Shown here in pieces: positions 30,696 through 41,002 of a DNA stretch of 64,000 nt. The notes under the pieces were generated by a model, which searched no databases, was not told the origin of the DNA, and worked only from the letters and a program-made list of their open reading frames with translations. Source of the stretch: Candidatus Heimdallarchaeota archaeon (lineage in GTDB: Archaea; Asgardarchaeota; Heimdallarchaeia; Hodarchaeales; Hodarchaeaceae); the NCBI GenBank assembly GCA_011364965.1, contig RDOB01000006.1, positions 1-64,000 of the forward strand. Reading direction: 5' to 3'. A program made the translations under genes and the position numbers. Position 1 is the stretch's first letter; every line of letters starts with the position of its first letter.

Positions 30696-31244
30696 ATGCG
30701 TTTATTAATCGGAATAACAGGCTTAATGGGTAGTGGGAAATCAACTGTGGCCAAAATACTTGAGATAGATTATGAATTCACAAGATTACGAATTTCTGGA
30801 AAAATGAGGGAGATTGCAGAAGAACTGAGTCTTGAACCAACTAGGGACTTCTTGCAAGGAATAGGAGCGTTTATGCGTCAATTTGATGAAGATGTTTGGG
30901 TACGTTATGTTGCCAAATTGGCCATGAAGTCGAATAAATCAGTAGTTATAGATGATATTCGAAAGATCAATGAAATTGATTACTTAAAACCTCTGGGTTT
31001 TAAATTTATTCGAATAAATTCACCTTCAAAAGATAGAAAAGAAAGAATTGAAAATAGAACTTCCCAAAGAATATCTGAAAGCGACTGGGAGCGCTGGGGG
31101 AGACATTCGACCGAAATAGAAGTCTTAAATTTACCAGTTGATTACGAAATCGAGAATAAAAGTGACATGGCCGAATTGAAAACAAAAATGAGAGATTTGG
31201 TTACACTTGAGTTGAAAAATACTATTTCTAATCCTGATCTTTGA
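30696..31244 (+). CDS. P-loop nucleotide kinase (dNMP/dephospho-CoA kinase-like)
   Basis: IGITGLMGSGKST, LQGIG..MR, VVIDDIR..NE, HSTE, DYEIEN. Confidence 0.8.
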   Translation: MRLLIGITGLMGSGKSTVAKILEIDYEFTRLRISGKMREIAEELSLEPTRDFLQGIGAFMRQFDEDVWVRYVAKLAMKSNKSVVIDDIRKINEIDYLKPLGFKFIRINSPSKDRKERIENRTSQRISESDWERWGRHSTEIEVLNLPVDYEIENKSDMAELKTKMRDLVTLELKNTISNPDL

Positions 31245-31647
31245 GCAAATCCATTGAACCCTTCATTTTCCCTTCAAGATCCTTTTTCTTTCGTGAAGCT
31301 AGTGCTCCCTTAAGTTCATCCACACTGAACTGATCTGATTGCGAGGGGGTAAAATCGTCCATGGTTCCTCCTGTTAGAACTGTAGCTTGGCCACCTGGGG
31401 GAATACCAGTATTAGATTTACGCATTTGGCGCATATAGACAGCTAATGAGTCAATAAATTGTCTAGCAACTTTAAGAAGTAGTTCATCGATAGAACCTGG
31501 ATTTGATGTTCCATATTCAACTCCTCGTCTCACCTCAGCAATCTGTGCGTTCAAGGAGTCAGGGTTCATCTGAAATGACCGATTAGCAAGTAGATCAATA
31601 AGTTTCTTTAGTTCTTGACCCATCCATAGACTATAATCTTCTGCCAT
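31228..31647 (-). CDS. Hypothetical protein: helical N-domain plus disordered tail with a basic amphipathic helix
   Basis: 139-aa ORF with AGGT SD-like signal; plausible composition. Confidence 0.7.
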   Translation of the reverse strand: MAEDYSLWMGQELKKLIDLLANRSFQMNPDSLNAQIAEVRRGVEYGTSNPGSIDELLLKVARQFIDSLAVYMRQMRKSNTGIPPGGQATVLTGGTMDDFTPSQSDQFSVDELKGALASRKKKDLEGKMKGSMDLLKDQD

Positions 31648-31738
31648 TTGAAATCTACCTGATAGCGTTTCATTGTTTTAATATGAATTGAATCTTTCCG
31701 AACTAATTTTTATTTATTACTATTTTCGCTTGAATACC

Positions 31739-34700
31739 TTATTTTTTTTTATCCATAAAATCCAGCATTTCATCAATTTGATCATCTATAAGATTCTCTT
31801 CAGCGGGTGTGATCTGATCTTTCATCCCTAGAAATCGTTCATTTATAATTTGGTATTTACTAGTCACTAGATCCATCCATTTTTTCTTTTTTCGTTTTGC
31901 AAGGAGCTCAAGATGATGATCCAGTAATCTGAGATACTTTCTAGCTATTCCCTCTGGATCCGAAGTTGCTTTCAGCTTGTCAATAACCTCATCTAGACGT
32001 CTTAGGGCATTCAAATAATTTTCTGCTTCTAAATCGTCTTGTGTTAAACCATAAAGCAAATTTAGTGATGGAGATGGGTTGGAAGACATTTCTGATATTT
32101 GAAAAGCGAATTCTATTGCTTGATCATAGATCTCTTTTTGATTTTTGTAATGTGTACTTATTTTTAAGAGTAACGCGGATATAAAATCGACACTTTGATC
32201 ATCTAGATCTTTCGATAAATTACGAATAATAGATAATCCCTGCAATACCTCAGTTCGCTGTAGATCGTACTGCTCCATTAATGAAGAAACTAAATTTACT
32301 AATTTTAATCCATTTTCCAATTTTAGGGATTTGAGATTCGTAATATTCTCAATTAAAACTGTAAATAACAAATTAAACTCTTTTATGAGGCTTAATTCTT
32401 GTGTTAATCGAATTGTGAAAAATACAAAGACTTCTTCTGCTTCTGGTATTTCAGATAGTGAAACAAAGAATAGTGATACTTGATCTTGGAATAGTTCTCG
32501 CTGTTTCAACTTTATTGAGTCAATTAAAAGGGTAACATAAAAATCTAAAGATTGTTTCAGTGCGCTAATATCATCAATAAGTAAGTTAATATACATTCTA
32601 AGAATAAATTTGCTTTTCGCTGGATTTTTTCTTACAAAAATGGGAACCAAGTCTCGTAATAAGGCAAGAGTTTCGCTAAACTTATTATTATCAATACCTA
32701 GTGTGGCCATATCTAGTACTTGTGATAATGCTCCCTCAATATTTCCGCGACCAATTAATGCGTCGATTTTCTTTCGTTCTACATCTAAAATCTTTTCAGT
32801 AAGGTTCAGGTGCTGATAAATCCGTCCTAGGAATTCTAAAAAATTCTTTGCTTCATCATATGATTTTGCTTCATTTTTACTGAAAAGAGATTCAATTACT
32901 TCTTCTGCGAAAGTAATAATAGGTTGAGACATTTGAGAGACGTTTTCATTATATACGAGTGTTACAGGAGCCCATGATCTTTCTAAATAAATCATGGTAT
33001 ACGCAAGATTCTCAACACTCCATAGCTTTCGGGCTTCTGATAGAGCAATAAGGGAGGATTCTCTATACATCTCCAATCCTGTATAGATGCTCAGAGCTCT
33101 GTCTATTAAAGTAAAATAGGTATCATAGTCCTTTTCCGTAAATCTATTTTTCGCAACAGTAAGACATGTGTCTGCTATGGCCAAAGAATTTGTAGAAGCT
33201 GAACTTTCAGCTTTAGCGAGTTTCTCCATGCCTTCATCAATACGTCCAACCTTCAATAATGCTGTACCATAATCTTGATAGAATTGGATCATATCCCCTT
33301 CGGATCCTGTTTTTGAAATCAATTCTTTTGCCTCTGAGAACTGTATAGATGCTTTTTTATCGTCTTTTCCAATTAAACTCACTGCTCTTGTAATTTTGAG
33401 CTTTGCAGCATCCTTGGGTTGTCCTAAATCTACTAGACATTTGCTTAGGAAGTTTGTAAAACTATCTGCTATTTTTTGATCATCAAGATTTTCATAAACT
33501 GCATTCTTACTTGTTACGTAATCCAATAAAATTCCGATTTTTTCCAATAAGTTTTCTTGCATGAAAATCTCGAAAGCTTGTTTTAAATAACTTATACCCT
33601 TTTTGATATACCCTGCTTCAATTAAACGATTAGAAAGATCAAAAGCTGCGTCTCCTTGAGCTTCTTTCACTCCTAGATAATCATAGAGTTTCAAAATATT
33701 ATTAAAAAGGTCATTAATTAGATCTTCTTTAATATTTTTAGCCAGAGCTTCACTTATTTGATCTTCTAATCTTTTTATTACCTGAAGAACCTGTTCTTGA
33801 GGCGCTTCCCCCTCTATGAGCAATTTTGTTTGTTTTCCCCTGAAAAGAACTGCTTCTTCAAATTTACCATGGGAATGCAAAGCACTAGCAAATTCCTCAA
33901 TTCGTGCCATCCCACGTGTGGTATTCTTTGTTTGAACTAAAAAATCAAAATCCTTCTGATGAAAAGCAATAGCCTGATTATAATTCCCTTCTTCAAGGGC
34001 TTTCAATGCATATGTCGCATATAATGAATCATATCGATCGCTATCTTGTAATTGTAAATATATATTTCCTAATAGAGTCAGAAATTCCATTCTTATGGTT
34101 TCAGGAACCATTATTTCAAGTTTTGTGAATTGTGCGAGTAGAGCTTCTCCGTAAGCTTTTTTAATTTCTATATCAGCGCTTTGAATTAGATTTGCTCCTT
34201 CTTGAAGGCAGTTTAACTGTTCTTCATAATTGCCCCAAGTTGCATAATGCGCAGCAATTTTTAAGTTCAGCCAAGCAGCAGCTTGATATTCATCAACTTG
34301 GGAATATCTGTCTACCAAAAAGGTCTTAAGTTGTTCTAACGCCTTCCTCTCCCTTTTCTCTGCTAATTTTTCAATTTTTTGTTCTAAATATTCCCCTATT
34401 TGACTTATCGCGCTCATTCGCCTATTATTTATTAAAATTTCAAGTGATTTTTGAGTAAAGGGAAAATCATCTGCTATCACTTTTGTTTCTCGGAGATTAA
34501 TCCCAAATTTCCAAATAAATAAGGCAACTTCTTCAATTTCAGCTCCCCGATCTAATTTTCGTTCGATTTCTTCAATTTTATTGAAGAATTTCATCATCAA
34601 TAAAGAATCAATATTATCTACAGAAATCTTACTAGGTGAGGATAATACTTTCGCTGATTCTTTTTTACCTTCATTAAAAAGGTACTCAATAATCGCCCGT

Positions 34701-35629
34701 GGAACTGCTTCATCTCCGACGAGCTGTGAGTTTGAAATCGCTTCATCTATAGATTTGAATCCCATTTCTAGTTGTTGATGATTTAAATGAATTTTAGATA
34801 TTTCAAATAGGATTGTAGAAACTTCACCCAATGATTTAGCATTTAGGTGAGCTTCTCGAGCTTTAGCTATTAAAAGATCGGCTAATTTCCGTTTTTCTTG
34901 ATCTTGGTAATGATCTCGGAGGAATTGGATTCCAATTTCGGCATAAGCGACTTTTTCTATATTAACGGCCTTTAAAATCTGAGTTTCATCTTCAAATATC
35001 GTTCTTGCCTCGTCAAATAAGGCGAATCCTTTCTCTAGTTTATGATTTCTAATGTTCAATTCCGCTTCTGCTAAAAGGGAATTAAATAACTCTTCCCGAT
35101 TTTGCATCATATCAAAAATTACACGTGATTTCTGAAAAGACTCTTCTGCTTCCTCTTCACTTCCAGGTATCTTTGAAAGATTAATACCTACTTCTACAAA
35201 GACTTTTCCAGCTTGTAGAAATTCTATATTTCTTTGTGAAATCCCAGAGACAATTTCTCTGCATTCTCCCAAAAAGTATCTTGTTAAAGCTCCATGTTTA
35301 GTTAGATAATTATTATTCTCCTTTAAAACTGTAATATATTCTTCTACAAGAGGGATTGCGGCTGCTGCATATCGAAATAATTCTCTATTTGTTTTATTTT
35401 TTCCTTTTCTTGCTGAATTAATGATTTTTCTATATAAAATGATAACAGGTTCAGCTTTTTTCTCCTGTTGTCTCATTTCTATAGCTTTTTCAAGATAGGT
35501 TAATCCCTCCGAATAATCATTGTTTTCGATATAATAATCTCCTATATCAGCAGCAAGAGTAGCTGCTTCATCCCATTTTCTCTTTTTCTCTAATTTAGCT
35601 AATTTTTTGGTATTTCCTTCTATATCCAT
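31739..35629 (-). CDS. Large alpha-solenoid (TPR/alpha-SNAP-like repeat) protein
   Basis: 1296 aa, all-helical; recurring A..+..+G..Y......+.A...+.KA pattern; no TM or signal peptide. Confidence 0.75.
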   Translation of the reverse strand: MDIEGNTKKLAKLEKKRKWDEAATLAADIGDYYIENNDYSEGLTYLEKAIEMRQQEKKAEPVIILYRKIINSARKGKNKTNRELFRYAAAAIPLVEEYITVLKENNNYLTKHGALTRYFLGECREIVSGISQRNIEFLQAGKVFVEVGINLSKIPGSEEEAEESFQKSRVIFDMMQNREELFNSLLAEAELNIRNHKLEKGFALFDEARTIFEDETQILKAVNIEKVAYAEIGIQFLRDHYQDQEKRKLADLLIAKAREAHLNAKSLGEVSTILFEISKIHLNHQQLEMGFKSIDEAISNSQLVGDEAVPRAIIEYLFNEGKKESAKVLSSPSKISVDNIDSLLMMKFFNKIEEIERKLDRGAEIEEVALFIWKFGINLRETKVIADDFPFTQKSLEILINNRRMSAISQIGEYLEQKIEKLAEKRERKALEQLKTFLVDRYSQVDEYQAAAWLNLKIAAHYATWGNYEEQLNCLQEGANLIQSADIEIKKAYGEALLAQFTKLEIMVPETIRMEFLTLLGNIYLQLQDSDRYDSLYATYALKALEEGNYNQAIAFHQKDFDFLVQTKNTTRGMARIEEFASALHSHGKFEEAVLFRGKQTKLLIEGEAPQEQVLQVIKRLEDQISEALAKNIKEDLINDLFNNILKLYDYLGVKEAQGDAAFDLSNRLIEAGYIKKGISYLKQAFEIFMQENLLEKIGILLDYVTSKNAVYENLDDQKIADSFTNFLSKCLVDLGQPKDAAKLKITRAVSLIGKDDKKASIQFSEAKELISKTGSEGDMIQFYQDYGTALLKVGRIDEGMEKLAKAESSASTNSLAIADTCLTVAKNRFTEKDYDTYFTLIDRALSIYTGLEMYRESSLIALSEARKLWSVENLAYTMIYLERSWAPVTLVYNENVSQMSQPIITFAEEVIESLFSKNEAKSYDEAKNFLEFLGRIYQHLNLTEKILDVERKKIDALIGRGNIEGALSQVLDMATLGIDNNKFSETLALLRDLVPIFVRKNPAKSKFILRMYINLLIDDISALKQSLDFYVTLLIDSIKLKQRELFQDQVSLFFVSLSEIPEAEEVFVFFTIRLTQELSLIKEFNLLFTVLIENITNLKSLKLENGLKLVNLVSSLMEQYDLQRTEVLQGLSIIRNLSKDLDDQSVDFISALLLKISTHYKNQKEIYDQAIEFAFQISEMSSNPSPSLNLLYGLTQDDLEAENYLNALRRLDEVIDKLKATSDPEGIARKYLRLLDHHLELLAKRKKKKWMDLVTSKYQIINERFLGMKDQITPAEENLIDDQIDEMLDFMDKKK

Positions 35630-35659
35630 TTACAGTCGGTCCTTTCAAGATTTATGCCC

Positions 35660-36511
35660 TTATAAATGAGTATTTAACCAATTCAATAAGTCTTTAAGCG
35701 CTAATGTCCGAGAATCCTCCAACTCATTATAAACCTCATGAAAACAATCCTTATAAATTTTCAAAGTTTTATCAGATGTTGTAAGATATTCTGATAGCTC
35801 TTTTACTCCAGGAACAGCTTTATCGTGTTCTCCACTCTGCATTAAAATTGGGATTTGGATTTTTGCTATATCTGCTATAATGATCTTTGTTACTTTGAGA
35901 ATTTCGGATCCTAACTTCAATGTTGATTTTGTAAAAATATAAGGATCATTTTTATAGGCATTCACGACCTCTTGATCTCTTGATATATGATCTGCAACCC
36001 CCACTTCAATCTTCCCTTTTGGGTTTATTTTAGCCATTAATTTAGCAATGAATTTGATAATTGGATTAACTGTACCTCCCATAGTGGTTCCTGAACCCGA
36101 TAAAACTAGACCTTGGAACGATTCAGGTTCATTAGCAATGTACATAATAGCAATGTAGGATCCCATCGAATGGCCAAGCAAAAATAATGGTTTTTCCCCC
36201 TCAGCTTTTGTTATAATCTCAGTAAATCGCTCCTGATCAATTACATAATCATTAAAGGAGTTTGGAACATAAGCACGCTCTCCCTCAGATCTCCCATGAC
36301 CTCGAAGATCTGCGATGTATATGGCATAACCTTCTGGAACTAAAGTGTTAACAACATTCGTGTATCGATTTGAATGTTCTGCAAAGCCGTGAATTATCTG
36401 AATTACAGCTTTAGGTTCTTTTTCTGGTCTCCAAACCTGATAAAAAATGGTTGTTCCATCGTGCGTTTTGAATTCTTTTTCAAAATGTTCCAAGGTTTTA
36501 TCCACTCTCAA
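35660..36511 (-). CDS. Monoacylglycerol lipase/lysophospholipase (alpha/beta hydrolase)
   Basis: IIHGFAEHSNRY, DLRGHGRSEG, GHSMG, G.HDK, FHEVYNE. Confidence 0.92.
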   Translation of the reverse strand: MRVDKTLEHFEKEFKTHDGTTIFYQVWRPEKEPKAVIQIIHGFAEHSNRYTNVVNTLVPEGYAIYIADLRGHGRSEGERAYVPNSFNDYVIDQERFTEIITKAEGEKPLFLLGHSMGSYIAIMYIANEPESFQGLVLSGSGTTMGGTVNPIIKFIAKLMAKINPKGKIEVGVADHISRDQEVVNAYKNDPYIFTKSTLKLGSEILKVTKIIIADIAKIQIPILMQSGEHDKAVPGVKELSEYLTTSDKTLKIYKDCFHEVYNELEDSRTLALKDLLNWLNTHL

Positions 36512-36656
36512 ATGTTTTTAAATAAATATTAATTCAGTTTTTCTCACGAGTCAAAAATCAATGGATTATTAATCTTGTCAGCTATATTTGTTTATTATCG
36601 AAATAAGTTTCCCATTATTAAAACATACACATTCAAGCTAGCTACTATCATTTTTA

Positions 36657-38141
36657 ATGGCGATTGGTGATGAAACTATGAAGATTGCGGTTTTTGCTAG
36701 TGAAATGGATCCATTTATAAAAACAGGTGGTTTAGCTGACGTCATTGGATCTCTGCCTCTAGAATTAGCGAACTTTATTGATTATATTGCCGTTTTCATC
36801 CCATTATATCGTGATATTAAGGCAAATTACCAATACTTAAAGGAAATTCCTTTTGAATTTTCCATAAAAATCGGTTCTTTAAATCATAAAGGGAATCTGT
36901 TTTACATTCCTTTAAATAATAAAATAGAGGTCTTCTTTATTGATAATTACCATTTTTTTGGGATTAGAACTGATTTATATGTCAAAGATGGCAAAGATTA
37001 TCGTGATAACCTTCAAAGGTTTGTATTTTTTTGTAAAGGATCTTTAGAAGCCCTCATGTATTTATCTCAACAAAGTCATCAACCTTTCGATATCCTCCAT
37101 ACTCATGATTGGCAAACAGCCCTGATCAATATATATTCCAGGGAGATGGATTATTTTGTGCAAACTAATCCCCTACGAGTTTATACAATCCATAATCTAA
37201 ATTATCAGGGTAAATTTCCTCAATCTCAATTTAATTTTTTGGGAATTAACCGTAGCTATTTTACTCCAGGTAAATTAGAATTTTGGGGAAAAATCAATTT
37301 GATGAAAGCAGGTATTCTTTATTCTGACATTTTAACTACTGTTAGTCCCACCTATGCAAAAGAGATACAAACAGAAAAGTTCGGTGCAGGTTTAAACACC
37401 TTCATAAAGAAAAGAGAAGCAAATTTGCATGGAATACTTAACGGTGTAGATTATTCTCAATGGAATCCCAAAACAGACCCGTTTATTGCGCAAAATTACT
37501 CAGCTTCAGATTTAAATGGAAAATCTATTTGTAAATCAGCTCTTCAAAGCTCTTTTTCACTTTCACCAGGTAGCAAACCACTTTTAGCGGTAATATCTCG
37601 TCTAGATTGGCAAAAAGGTATGGAACTGATTCTCGAAGTTTTACCCTATTTTCTAAAAAATGAACTGGCTCAATTCATTCTTGTTGGTTCTGGCGATCCT
37701 AAATTGGAGAAGGAGTTTTCAAAATTTGCTCTTCAGAATAGAGGTAATGTTGGAGTTAAGATTGCTTTCAACAATACTTTAGCTCATCAAGTAGAAGCTG
37801 GAGCAGATATATTTCTTATGCCATCACGCTATGAGCCCTGTGGTTTAAATGACAAATATAGCTTAAAGTATGGGACAGTTCCGATTGTTCATAAAACAGG
37901 AGGATTAGCTGATAGTGTAATAGATTATATCAAGGATCCTCAGAAAGGAACGGGATTTTGTTTTCAAGAATATAATTCTAAATCCTTCCAAGAAGCTATT
38001 AAGAGTGCTCTGAAAGTTTTTCAATCCTTACCCGAGTGGCGTCAATTAATGAAAAGAGGAATGGATTTAGATTTCTCTTGGCGAAAAGCATCTAAACAAT
38101 ATTTAGAGATCTATAAACAGCAGATGATTAATAATGGTTGA
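36657..38141 (+). CDS. glgA: Glycogen synthase
   Basis: KTGGLADV, HTHDWQT, TIHNLNYQG, MPSRYEPCGL. Confidence 0.95.
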   Translation: MAIGDETMKIAVFASEMDPFIKTGGLADVIGSLPLELANFIDYIAVFIPLYRDIKANYQYLKEIPFEFSIKIGSLNHKGNLFYIPLNNKIEVFFIDNYHFFGIRTDLYVKDGKDYRDNLQRFVFFCKGSLEALMYLSQQSHQPFDILHTHDWQTALINIYSREMDYFVQTNPLRVYTIHNLNYQGKFPQSQFNFLGINRSYFTPGKLEFWGKINLMKAGILYSDILTTVSPTYAKEIQTEKFGAGLNTFIKKREANLHGILNGVDYSQWNPKTDPFIAQNYSASDLNGKSICKSALQSSFSLSPGSKPLLAVISRLDWQKGMELILEVLPYFLKNELAQFILVGSGDPKLEKEFSKFALQNRGNVGVKIAFNNTLAHQVEAGADIFLMPSRYEPCGLNDKYSLKYGTVPIVHKTGGLADSVIDYIKDPQKGTGFCFQEYNSKSFQEAIKSALKVFQSLPEWRQLMKRGMDLDFSWRKASKQYLEIYKQQMINNG

Positions 38142-39441
38142 ACTCTTTCTTTTAAAAGGAACTAAAGATCATTTACCCGATGAACAGATACTACGTGAAT
38201 ATATAATTGATATCGCGAAGAAAGTCTTCCATTTATTTGGATTTCAACCAGCTACTACTCCAATCCTTGAACCTTTTGATATTCTAGCATCAAAATATTC
38301 AGGAGGAGAAGAGATACTTAAGGAAACATATAAATTAACTGATCAAGGAAACAGAGAGCTTGGATTAAGGTATGATTTATCGGTACCCTTATCTAGACTT
38401 ATTGGAATGAATCCTCAATTGAAGAGACCTTTTAAAAGGTATGAAATCGGTCACTGCTTCCGTGATGGCCCCATTAAGAAGGGAAGATATCGTGAATTTG
38501 TGCAAATGGATGCTGATATAGTAGGTGTTTCCTCAATGCTGGCGGACGCTGAATGTTTGGCATTAGCTCACAGAATATTTGCAGAACTAGGTTTAGAGGT
38601 CTTTTTGGAAGTTAATAACAGAAAATTATTAACTGGTATCCTTATTCAGGCAGGGGTGCCAGAAGAATTAATTAAAACAACAATACTCTCAATTGATAAG
38701 ATGAAAAAAATCGGGATACCTGGAGTACGAGAAGAATTAAAGCTAAAAGGAATCTCATTTGAATTAGCTGAGAAAATTTTTAGTTATTTTGAGTATGATG
38801 GACCTTATTTAGAAATTTTGGATCAACTTGAACCTCGAATACAGAATGAAATTGGCAAAAAAGGTGTCCAAGAGCTAAGAGAGCTCTTTCAGTACATACA
38901 AATATTCAAAATTGAAAAAGACGTTAAATTGTTATATTCTTTAGCTAGAGGGCTAGAAATCTACACTGGAACAGTATTTGAAGCATTTCTTAAGGAATCG
39001 GCAGTTATTGATTCTTCTCTCTGTGGTGGAGGGCGTTATGACAAAATAATTGGCAATTTCCTAGAATCGGATGTTGAATTTCCTGCAGTTGGAATATCAT
39101 TTGGTCTCGATACTATTTACGATACATTGTCTAATCAAAAGATAATTTCACCCATAATTACAGATGTGTATTTGATTCCTATTCGAACATTAGAGAAAAC
39201 CGTAGAAATTGCATGTGTGTTACGGAAAAATAACATTAATTCTGAAATTGATCTTTTAAATAGAAGTTTATCGAAAAATCTTGAATATGCTGATAAAAAT
39301 AATATCCCTTATGTTCTGATCATTGGAAAAAAGGATCTGAAGAAGGAAGTTGTAACTTTAAGAAAAATGAAGGATGGAGAGGAAGAAAAGGTACCCCTCG
39401 CTTTAATTATTGAAAGAATTTCGCAATTAACCAAGAAATAA
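38134..39441 (+). CDS. hisS: Histidine--tRNA ligase
   Basis: LRYDL, GRYREFVQMDAD, LARGLEIYTG, GGGRYD, C-terminal anticodon domain. Confidence 0.96.
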   Translation: MVELFLLKGTKDHLPDEQILREYIIDIAKKVFHLFGFQPATTPILEPFDILASKYSGGEEILKETYKLTDQGNRELGLRYDLSVPLSRLIGMNPQLKRPFKRYEIGHCFRDGPIKKGRYREFVQMDADIVGVSSMLADAECLALAHRIFAELGLEVFLEVNNRKLLTGILIQAGVPEELIKTTILSIDKMKKIGIPGVREELKLKGISFELAEKIFSYFEYDGPYLEILDQLEPRIQNEIGKKGVQELRELFQYIQIFKIEKDVKLLYSLARGLEIYTGTVFEAFLKESAVIDSSLCGGGRYDKIIGNFLESDVEFPAVGISFGLDTIYDTLSNQKIISPIITDVYLIPIRTLEKTVEIACVLRKNNINSEIDLLNRSLSKNLEYADKNNIPYVLIIGKKDLKKEVVTLRKMKDGEEEKVPLALIIERISQLTKK

Positions 39442-39622
39442 GGGAATATGAGTCCAACCAACTCCGATCATTTACAAAAAGCCCTATTTTTTAATTGATA
39501 AGAGGAAAATGCTTTTTATAATATGGCGAAGTGATACCTGTAATCGGTCTTTGCATATTGTCTCGCAATAAACTGTCACATTTGAATAAAATGAGTTAGT
39601 TTCAGTCTTAAAAACAATTAAG

Positions 39623-40993
39623 ATGAGTAAAATGTCCAAAAAATTCGATTCATATTCATACAATCAATGGGGTCATTACCTCGAAGGCTTGTCAGAATCC
39701 ATTGACCCAGAAGAATATATAGTTGCGACATATTACATTTCTGTTGCCAGTGGAATCGACCCTTGGTATATCGGACGAGTAATGGTAAAGGAACAAACAA
39801 TAGGTTCCTATATTCCATACCATTCTGACCCTAAAACCATTTTACGAAAGTATGGTGGAAAGGTTATTGGTTTATACGAAGTACCTCCCCGAGAAATATC
39901 TATCCCTGCTCAATTAAAAGAACGTGATTATATTATCAAAATAGCCTATCCTAAAATTGGATTAACTCAATTTCCATTACTTTTAACAACAATAATGGGA
40001 AACATAAGCCTTGGAGGGAAAGTCAAGCTTTTAGATGTTGCTTTTCCGCCCACTTTTTTGCAGAAATGGCAAGGCCCTAAATTTGGGATTCCAGGATTAC
40101 GAAAGGAATTGAATATTCCTGATAGACCTTTACTAACCGTTGTAAATCATACATTTTCACTCGAGGACGGAACAAATTATTTTTACGAAGCAGCTATGGG
40201 AGGAGCTGATTTCGTAAAGGATGACGAAGGAATTGCAGGAGATATAGAATATCTACCATTAGAAGCACGAGTGACGAGTTATATGGAGAAAATGGATCTA
40301 GCAAAGGAAGAAACAGGCGAGAAAACCATATATTTGGTAAATGTGACCGCTGAACCTAAAACTTTGATAGAGAACGCAGAAAAAGCTATTGATAACGGCG
40401 CAAATGGTTTAATGGTAAATTATTTGACAGTTGGGTTACCCGCAGTCAAAATGTTGACTGAAGATCCTAGTATCAAGCTACCAGTCTTGGGTCACATGGA
40501 TCATGCAGGAGTCTTTTATGAATCAGAAATCTCAGGAATATCCTCGTTCTTAATGATGGGCAAATTTGCCAGATTAGCAGGTTTGGATATATTGGTGTAT
40601 CCTGGGGTATATGGAAAGGCTCCATTCTTACGAGATAAGTATATTGGCTGCGCTATGGCTTTACGTTATCCTTTTGGGAGTCTTAAACCTGTTTTACCAA
40701 TGCCAGCAGGAGGAGTTACTCCTGGAATAGTACTAAAATTGATTAAAGATTTAGATCGCGATATCATGATTGGCGCAGGATCAAGTGTCCATTCTCACCC
40801 TCAAGGAACTCGAGCAGGAGTAAAAGCTTTTCGTCAAATCATCGAAGTGGGTATGGATCAGAAATTAATGGTTGAAGCACTAGAAGATTTAGAGGATTTC
40901 ATTGATGATCATGACGAAGATTATCCTGAATTGGCCTCTGCGATCAATTCATGGGGCGAAACAGGCATTTCCTATTTTCCCGAACTCAATTAA
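39623..40993 (+). CDS. RuBisCO-like protein (form IV)
   Basis: EQTIG, MGN, GPKFGIPGLR, GGADFVKDDE, YGK (loop 6), PAGG, HSHPQG; several carboxylase residues are missing. Confidence 0.9.
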   Translation: MSKMSKKFDSYSYNQWGHYLEGLSESIDPEEYIVATYYISVASGIDPWYIGRVMVKEQTIGSYIPYHSDPKTILRKYGGKVIGLYEVPPREISIPAQLKERDYIIKIAYPKIGLTQFPLLLTTIMGNISLGGKVKLLDVAFPPTFLQKWQGPKFGIPGLRKELNIPDRPLLTVVNHTFSLEDGTNYFYEAAMGGADFVKDDEGIAGDIEYLPLEARVTSYMEKMDLAKEETGEKTIYLVNVTAEPKTLIENAEKAIDNGANGLMVNYLTVGLPAVKMLTEDPSIKLPVLGHMDHAGVFYESEISGISSFLMMGKFARLAGLDILVYPGVYGKAPFLRDKYIGCAMALRYPFGSLKPVLPMPAGGVTPGIVLKLIKDLDRDIMIGAGSSVHSHPQGTRAGVKAFRQIIEVGMDQKLMVEALEDLEDFIDDHDEDYPELASAINSWGETGISYFPELN

Positions 40994-41002
40994 AAATAAG
41001 AT

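Noticed and set aside
36657-39441. Functional link between glgA and hisS (8-bp overlap)
   Set aside because: Short overlaps are common in this compact genome and there is no other supporting evidence.
39623-40993. CO2-fixing or nucleoside-salvage RuBisCO (form III)
   Set aside because: The K175, K177, R295 and H327 equivalents appear to be absent.
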